A stretch of 64,000 nt of DNA, taken from NCBI RefSeq assembly GCF_009914755.1, contig NC_060925.1. One strand, given 5' to 3'. Source of the stretch: the human T2T-CHM13v2.0 reference genome, Homo sapiens. The notes under the pieces are model-generated. The model saw only the letters and a program-made list of their open reading frames with translations. It searched no databases and had not been told where the DNA came from. A program made the translations under genes and the position numbers. The number at the start of each line of letters is the position of its first letter. The stretch's first letter is position 1. Positions 56,301 through 64,000 of the stretch are shown here, piece by piece.

Positions 56301-57310
56301 AAATAACCATCATCAATTGGTATTGAATGGAATTGTCATCAAATGGAATTCATAGGAATCATCATCAAATGGAACCGAATGGAATCCTCATTGAATGGAA
56401 ATGAAAGGGGTCATCATCTAATGGAATCGCATGGAATCATCATCAAATGGAATCGAATGGAATCATCATCAAATGGAATCTAATGGAATCATTGAAAAGA
56501 ATTGAATGGAATCGTCATCGAATGAATTTAATGCAATCATCGAATGGTCTCGAATGGAATCATCTTCTAATGGAAAGGACTGGAATCATCGCATAGAATC
56601 GAATGGAATTATCATCGAATGGAATCGAATGGTATCAACACCAAACGGAAAAAAACGGAATTATCGAATGGAATCGAAGAGAATCTTCGAACGGACCCGA
56701 ATGGAATCATCTAATGGAATGGAATGGAATAATCCATGGACTCGAATGCAATCATCATCGAATGGAATCGAATGGAATCATCGAATGGACTCGAATGGAA
56801 TAATCATTGAAAGGAATCGAATGGAATCATCATCGGATGGAAACGAATGGAATCATCATCGAATGGAAATGAAAGGAGTCATCATCTAATGGAATTGCAT
56901 GGAATCATCATAAAATGGAATCGAATGGAATCAACATCAAATGGAATCAAATGGAATCATTGAACGGAATTGAATGGAATCGTCATCGAATGAATTGAAT
57001 GCAATCATCGAATGGTCTCGAATGGAATCATCTTCAAATGGAATGGAATGGAATCATCGCATAGAATCGAATGGAATTATCATCGAATGGAATCGAATGG
57101 AATCAACATCAAACGGAAAAAAACGGAATTATCGAATGGAATCGAAGAGAATCATCGAATGGACCCGAATGGAATCATCTAATGGAATGGAATGGAATAA
57201 TCCATGGACTCGAATGCAATCATCATCGAATGGAATCGAATGGAATCATCGAATGGACTCGAATGGAATAATCATTGAACGGAATCGAATGGAATCATCA
57301 TCGGATGGAA
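49424..57310 (+). repeat. 4009-bp tandem duplication (S-L-L1298-S-S/L head) x2
   Basis: Anchors 49424/53433, 49892/53901, 51199/55208, 52497/56506 and 52965/56974. Shared cgaaagcaatc, ggaaaaaaaagg, gggatc, ggagtgg and gaatttaatgc. Ends approximate. Confidence 0.87.
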
Positions 57311-60300
57311 ATGAATGGAATCATCATCGAATGGAATCGAATAGAATTATGGAATGAAATCCAGTGTGATCATGATCGAATGGACCCGAATGGAATCATC
57401 ATCCAACGGAAGCTAATGGAATCAACATCGAATGAATCGAATGGAAACACCATCGAATTGAAACGAATGGAATTATCATGAAATTGAAATGGATGGACTC
57501 ATCATCGAATGGATTCGAATGGAATCATCGAATAAAATTGATTGAAATCATCATCGAATGGTATCGAATGGTATCATTGAATGGAATCGAATGGAATCAT
57601 CATCAGATGGAAATGAATGGAATCGTCATAGAATGGAATCGAATGGATTCATTGAATGGAATCAGATGGAATCATCGAATGGACTGGAATGGAATCATTG
57701 AATGGACTCGAAAGGGATCATTATTGAATGGAATTGAATGGAATCATTGAATGGTCTCGATTGGAATCATTATCAAATGGAATCGAATGGAATCACCGAA
57801 TAGAATCGAATGGAACAATCATCGAATGGACTCAAATGGAATTATCCTCCAATGGAATGGAATGGAATTATCGAATGCAATCGAATGGAATTATCGAATG
57901 CAATCGAATAGAATCATCGAATGGACTCGAATGGAATCATCGAATGGAATGGAATGGAACAGTCAATGAACTCGAATGGAATCATCATTGAATGGAATCG
58001 AATGGAATCATCGAGTGGAATCGAATGGAATTATGATCAAATGGAATCGAATGTAATCATCATCAAATGGAATCAAAAATAACCATCATCAATTGGTATT
58101 GAATGGAAATGTCATCAAATGGAATTCAAAGGAATCATCATCAAATGGAACTGAATGGAATCCTCATTGAATGGAAATGAAAGGGGTCATCATCTAATGG
58201 AATCGCATGGAATCATCATCAAATGGAATCGAATGGAATCATCATCAAATGGAATCTAATGGAATCATTGAACAGAATTGAATGGAATCGTCATCGAATG
58301 AATTGAATGCAATCATCGAATGGTCTCGAATGTAATCACATTCTAATGGAAAGGAATGGAATCATCGCATAGAATCGAATGGAATTAACATTGAATGGAC
58401 TCGAATGGAATCAACATCAAACGGAATCAAGCGGAATTATCGAATGGAATCGAAGAGAATCATCGAATGGTCTCGAATGGAATCATCTTCTAATGGAAAG
58501 GAATGGAATCATCGCATAGAATCGAATGGAATTAACATTGAATGGACTCGAATGGAATCAACATCAAATGGAATCAAGCGGAATTATCGAATGAAATCGA
58601 AGAGAATCATCGAATGGACTCGAATGGAATCATCTAATGGAATGGAATGGAATAATCCACGGACTCGAATGCAATAATCATCGTTTAGTATCGAATGGAA
58701 TCATCGAAAGGACTCGAATGGAATAACCATTGAACGGAGTCGAATGGAATCATCATCGAATGGAAACGAATGGAATCATCATCGAATGGAAATGAAAGGA
58801 GTCATCATCTAATGGAATTGCATGGAATCATCATAAAATGGAATCGAATGGAATCATCATCAAATGGAATCAAATGGAATCATTGAACGGAATTGAATGG
58901 AATCGTCATCGAATGAATTGAATGCAATCATCGAATGGTCTCGAATGGAATCATCTTCAAATGGAATGGAATGGAATCATCGCATAGAATCGAATGGAAT
59001 TATCATCGAATGGAATCGAATGGTATCAACATCAAACGGAAAAAAACGGAATTATCGAATGGAATCGAAGAGAATCTTCGAACGGACCCGAATGGAATCA
59101 TCTAATGGAATGGAATGGAATAATCCATGGACCCGAATGCAATCATCATCGAATGGAATCGAATGGAATCATTGAAAGGACTCGAATGGAATAACCATTG
59201 AACGGAATCGAATGGAATCATCATCGGATGGAAATGAATGGAATCATCATCGAATGGAATCGAATAGAATTAAGGAATGAAATCCAGTGTGATCATCATC
59301 GAATGGACCCGAATGGAATCATCATCCAACGGAAGCTAATGGAATCAACATCGAATGAATCGAATGGAAACACCATCGAATTGAAACGAATGGAATTACC
59401 ATGAAATTGAAATGGATGGACTCATCATCGAATGGATTCGAATGGAATCATCGAATAAAATTGATTGAAATCATCATCGAATGGAATCGAATGGTATCAT
59501 TGAATGGAATCGAATGGAATCATCATCAGATGGAAATGAATGGAATCGTCATAGAATGGAATCGAATGGATTCATTGAATGGAATCAGATGGAATCATCG
59601 AATGGACTGGAATGGAATCATTGAATGGACTCGAAAGGGATCATTATTGAATGGAATTGAATGGAATCATCGAATGGTCTCGATTGGAATCATTATCAAA
59701 TGGAATCGAATGGAATCACCGAATAGAATCGAATGGAACAATCATCGAATGGACTCAAATGGAATTATCCTCAAATGGAATCGAATGGAAATATCGAATG
59801 GAATTATCGAATGCAATCGAATGGAATTATCGAATGCAATCGAATAGAATCATCGAATGGACTCGAATGGAATCATCGAATGGAATGGAATGGAACAGTC
59901 AATGAACTCGAATGGAATCATCATTGAATGGAATCGAATGGAATCATCGAGTGGAATCGAATGGAATTATGATCAAATGGAATCGAATGTAATCATCATC
60001 AAATGGAATCAAAAATAACCATCATCAATTGGTATTGAATGGAATTGTCATCAAATGGAATTTAAAGGAATCATCATCAAATGGAACCGAATGGAATCCT
60101 CATTGAATGGAAATGAAAGGGGTCATCATCTAATGGAATCGCATGGAATCATCATCAAATGGAATCGAATGGAATCATCATCAAATGGAATCCAATGGAA
60201 TCATTGAAAGAATTGAATGGAATGGTCATCGAATGAATTGAATGCAATCATCGAATGGTCTCGAATGCAATCATCTTCTAATGGAAAGGAATGGAATCAT

Positions 60301-60960
60301 CGCATAGAATCGAATGGAATTATCATCGAATGGAATCGAATGGTATCAACACCAAACGGAAAAAAACGGAATTATCGAATGGAATCGAAGAGAATCTTCG
60401 AACGGACCCGAATGGAATCATCTAATGGAATGGAATGGAATAATCCATGGACTCGAATGCAATCATCATCGAATGGAATCGAATGGAATCATCGAATGGA
60501 CTCGAATGGAATAATCATTGAACGGAATCGAATGGAATCATCATCGGATGGAAACGAATGGAATCATCATCGAATGGAAATGAAAGGAGTCATCATCTAA
60601 TGGAATTGCATGGAATCATCATCAAATGGAATCGAATGGAATCAACATCAAATGGAATCAAATGGAATCATTGAACGGAATTGAATGGAATCGTCATCGA
60701 ATGAATTGAATGCAATCATCGAATGGTCTCGAATGGAATCATCTTCAAATGGAATGGAATGGAATCATCGCATAGAATCGAATGGAATTATCATCGAATG
60801 GAATCGAATGGAATCAACATCAAACGGAAAAAAACGGAATTATCGAATGGAATCGAAGAGAATCATCGAATGGACCCGAATGGAATCATCTAATGGAATG
60901 GAATGGAATAATCCATGGACTCGAATGCAATCATCATCGAATGGAATCGAATGGAATCAT
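53433..60960 (+). repeat. Dispersed copy of ~26852-34380 (offset 26,581)
   Basis: Anchors 27320/53901, 29925/56506, 31824/58405, 32820/59401 and 33636/60217 all differ by 26581. Shared cgtttagtatcg, attaaggaatg, the 13-bp insertion and atccaatggaatc. Confidence 0.87.
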
Positions 60961-63900
60961 TGAAAGGACTCGAATGGAATAACCATTGAACAGAATCGAA
61001 TGGAATCATCATCGGATGGAAATGAATGGAATCATCATCGAATGGAATCGAATAGAATTATGGAATGAAATCCAGTGTGATCATCATCGAATGGACCCGA
61101 ATGGAATCATCATCCAACGGAAGCTAATGGAATCAACATCGAATGAATCGAATGGAAACACCATCGAATTTAAACGAATGGAATTATCATGAAATTGAAA
61201 TGGATGGACTCATCATCGAATGGATTCGAATGGAATCATCGAATAAAATTGATTGAAATCATCATCGAATGGAATCGAATGGTATCATTGAATGGAATCG
61301 AATGGAATCATCATCAGATGGAAATGAATGGAATCGTCATAGAATGGAATCGAATGGATTCATTGAATGGAATCAGATGGAATCATTGAATGGACTGGAA
61401 TGGAATCATTGAATGGACTCGAAAGGGATCATTATTGAATGGAATTGAATGGAATCATCGAATGGTCTCGATTGGAATCATTATCAAATGGAATCGAATG
61501 GAATCACCGAATAGAATCGAATGGAACAATCATCGAATGGACTCCAATGGAATTATCCTCAAATGGAATCGAATGGAATTATCGAATGCAATCGAATGGA
61601 ATTCTCGAATGCAATCGAATAGAATCATCGAATGGACTCGAATGGAATCATCGAATGGAATGGAATGGAACAGTCAATGAACTCGAATGGAATCATCATT
61701 GAATGGAATCGAATGGAATCATCGAGTGGAATCGAATGGAATTATGATCAAATGGAATCGAATGTAATCATCATCAAATGGAATCAAAAATAACCATCAT
61801 CAATTGGTATTGAATGGAATTGTCATCAAATGGAATTTAAAGGAATCATCATCAAATGGAACCGAATGGAATCCTCATTGAATGGAAATGAAAGGGGTCA
61901 TCATCTAATGGAATCGCATGGAATCATCATCAAATGGAATCGAATGGAATCATCATCAAATGGAATCTAATGGAATCATTGAAAGAATTGAATGGAATCA
62001 TCATCGAATTAATTGAATGCAATCATCGAATGGTCTCGAATGGAATCATCTTCTAATGGAAAGGAATGGAATCATCGCATAGAATCGAATGGAATTATCA
62101 TCGAATGGAATCGAATGGTATCAACACCAAACGGAAAAAAACGGAATTATCGAATGGAATCGAAGAGAATCTTCGAACGGACCCGAATGGAATCATCTAA
62201 TGGAATGGAATGGAATAATCCATGGACTCGAATGCAATCATCATCGAATGGAATCGAATGGAATCATCCAATGGACTCGAATGGAATAATCATTGAACGG
62301 AATCGAATGGAATCATCATCGGATGGAAACGAATGGAATCATCATCGAATGGAAATGAAAGGAGTCATCATCTAATGGAATTGCATGGAATCATCATCAA
62401 ATGGAATCGAATGGAATCAACATCAAATGGAATCAAATGGAATCATTGAACGGAATTGAATGGAATCGTCATCGAATGAATTGAATGCAATCATCGAATG
62501 GTCTCGAATGGAATCATCTTCAAATGGAATGGAATGGAATCATCGCATAGAATCGAATGGAATTATCATCGAATGGAATCGAATGGAATCAACATCAAAC
62601 GGAAAAAAACGGAATTATCGAATGGAATCGAAGAGAATCATCGAATGGACCCGAATGGAATCATCTAATGGAATGGAATGGAATAATCCATGGACTCGAA
62701 TGCAATCATCATCGAATGGAATCGAATGGAATCATCGAAAGGACTCGAATGGAATAACCATTGAACGGAATCGAATGGAATCATCATCGGATGGAAATGA
62801 ATGGAATCATCATCGAATGGAATCGAATAGAATTATGGAATGAAATCCAGTGTGATCATCATCGAATGGACCCGAATGGAATCATCATCCAACGGAAGCT
62901 AATGGAATCAACATCGAATGAATCGAATGGAAACACCATCGAATTGAAACGAATGGAATTATCATGAAATTGAAATGGATGGACTCATCATCGAATGGAT
63001 TCGAGTGGAATCATCGAATAAAATTGATTGAAATCATCATCGAATGGAATCGAATGGTATCATTGAATGGAATCGAATGGAATCATCATCAGATGGAAAT
63101 GAATGGAATCGTCATAGAATGGAATCGAATGGATTCATTGAATGGAATCAGATGGAATCATTGAATGGACTGGAATGGAATCATTGAATGGACTCGAAAG
63201 GGATCATTATTGAATGGAATTGAATGGAATCATCGAATGGTCTCGATTGGAATCATTATCAAATGGAATCGAATGGAATCACCGAATAGAATCGAATGGA
63301 ACAATCATCGAATGGACTCCAATGGAATTATCCTCAAATGGAATCGAATGGAATTATCGAATGCAATCGAATGGAATTCTCGAATGCAATCGAATAGAAT
63401 CATCGAATGGACTCGAATGGAATCATCGAATGGAATGGAATGGAACAGTCAATGAACTCGAATGGAATCATCATTGAATGGAATCGAATGGAATCATCGA
63501 GTGGAATCGAATGGAATTATGATCAAATGGAATCGAATGTAATCATCATCAAATGGAATCAAAAATAACCATCATCAATTGGTATTGAATGGAATTGTCA
63601 TCAAATGGAATTTAAAGGAATCATCATCAAATGGAACCGAATGGAATCCTCATTGAATGGAAATGAAAGGGGTCATCATCTAATGGAATCGCATGGAATC
63701 ATCATCAAATGGAATCGAATGGAATCATCATCAAATGGAATCTAATGGAATCATTGAAAGAATTGAATGGAATCATCATCGAATTAATTGAATGCAATCA
63801 TCGAATGGTCTCGAATGGAATCATCTTCTAATGGAAAGGAATGGAATCATCGCATAGAATCGAATGGAATTATCATCGAATGGAATCGAATGGTATCAAC

Positions 63901-64000
63901 ACCAAACGGAAAAAAACGGAATTATCGAATGGAATCGAAGAGAATCTTCGAACGGACCCGAATGGAATCATCTAATGGAATGGAATGGAATAATCCATGG
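60685..64000 (+). repeat. Recent 1775-bp tandem units with shared private variants
   Basis: Anchors 60685/62460 and 61390/63165. Shared ggactccaatgg, ggaattctcga, ggaatttaaagg and cgaattaattg. Confidence 0.8.

Larger units (their letters stand above)
1..64000 (+). repeat. Human Satellite II (HSat2/HSATII) tandem array, GAATG strand on +
   Basis: Continuous GAATGGAATC(ATC)nGAATGG monomers from first to last base; the reverse complement is CATTCGATTC-type sequence, diagnostic of HSat2 rather than pure (CATTC)n HSat3. TCGA is very dense. No non-satellite interruption seen. Confidence 0.98.

Noticed and set aside
2-63477. Well over 200 short + strand ORFs (60-163 aa; MESSSNE..., MELSSNG..., MKLKWMD...)
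   Set aside because: They are low-complexity translations of GAATGG/ATC repeats (EWN, MES, NGI) that overlap in several frames and are freely broken by stops and frameshifts between copies. They have no domain or codon signature. The strand bias follows from ATG in GAATG and from TGA stops opposite the abundant TCA.
1-64000. CRISPR-like or other repeat-spacer system, or a novel coding system
   Set aside because: There are no unique spacers and no associated genes; all sequence is degenerate satellite monomer.
1-64000. HSat3, alpha satellite or telomeric repeat
   Set aside because: Perfect GGAAT runs are only about 3 units long, and the ATC-containing 23/26-bp monomers are HSat2. No 171-bp monomers or TTAGGG seen.
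1-64000. Inversion or Alu/L1 insertion
   Set aside because: No CATTC-strand switch, long poly-A tail or non-satellite stretch was seen, and module spacing accounts for the whole window.
1-64000. CpG island or promoter call from dense TCGA CpGs
   Set aside because: The sequence is AT-rich and CpGs are an intrinsic part of the HSat2 monomer. Frequent tcaa/ttga variants fit methyl-CpG decay in heterochromatin.

Overview
The entire 64 kb window is one uninterrupted, single-orientation array of human-type Satellite II (HSat2/HSATII). It is built from GAATG-derived 23/26-bp monomers (GAATGGAATC[ATC]1-2GAATGGAATC). Its canonical 1775-1776-bp unit carries an EcoRI site, which fits the 1.77-kb HSat2 of chromosome 1q12; that chromosome assignment is an inference. 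I found no genes, RNA genes, transposon insertions, inversions or unique sequence, and every ORF in the track is a translation of satellite. I see no evidence of a new protein-coding or defence-type system. The information here is architectural. The array is an irregular string of a short module S (467-468 bp) and a long module L (1307-1308 bp), plus fixed indel variants (172, 419, 442, 615, 894, 1298, 1320 and 1379 bp). Layered on top are nested duplications: a near-identical 12,586-bp tandem duplication with a chimeric junction confined to 64 bp, tandem duplications of 4009, 3711, 2202 and 1775 bp, and dispersed copies at offsets of 22,572 and 26,581 bp. Lengths and offsets come from ORF-track anchors plus diagnostic variants read by eye; no alignment was run.
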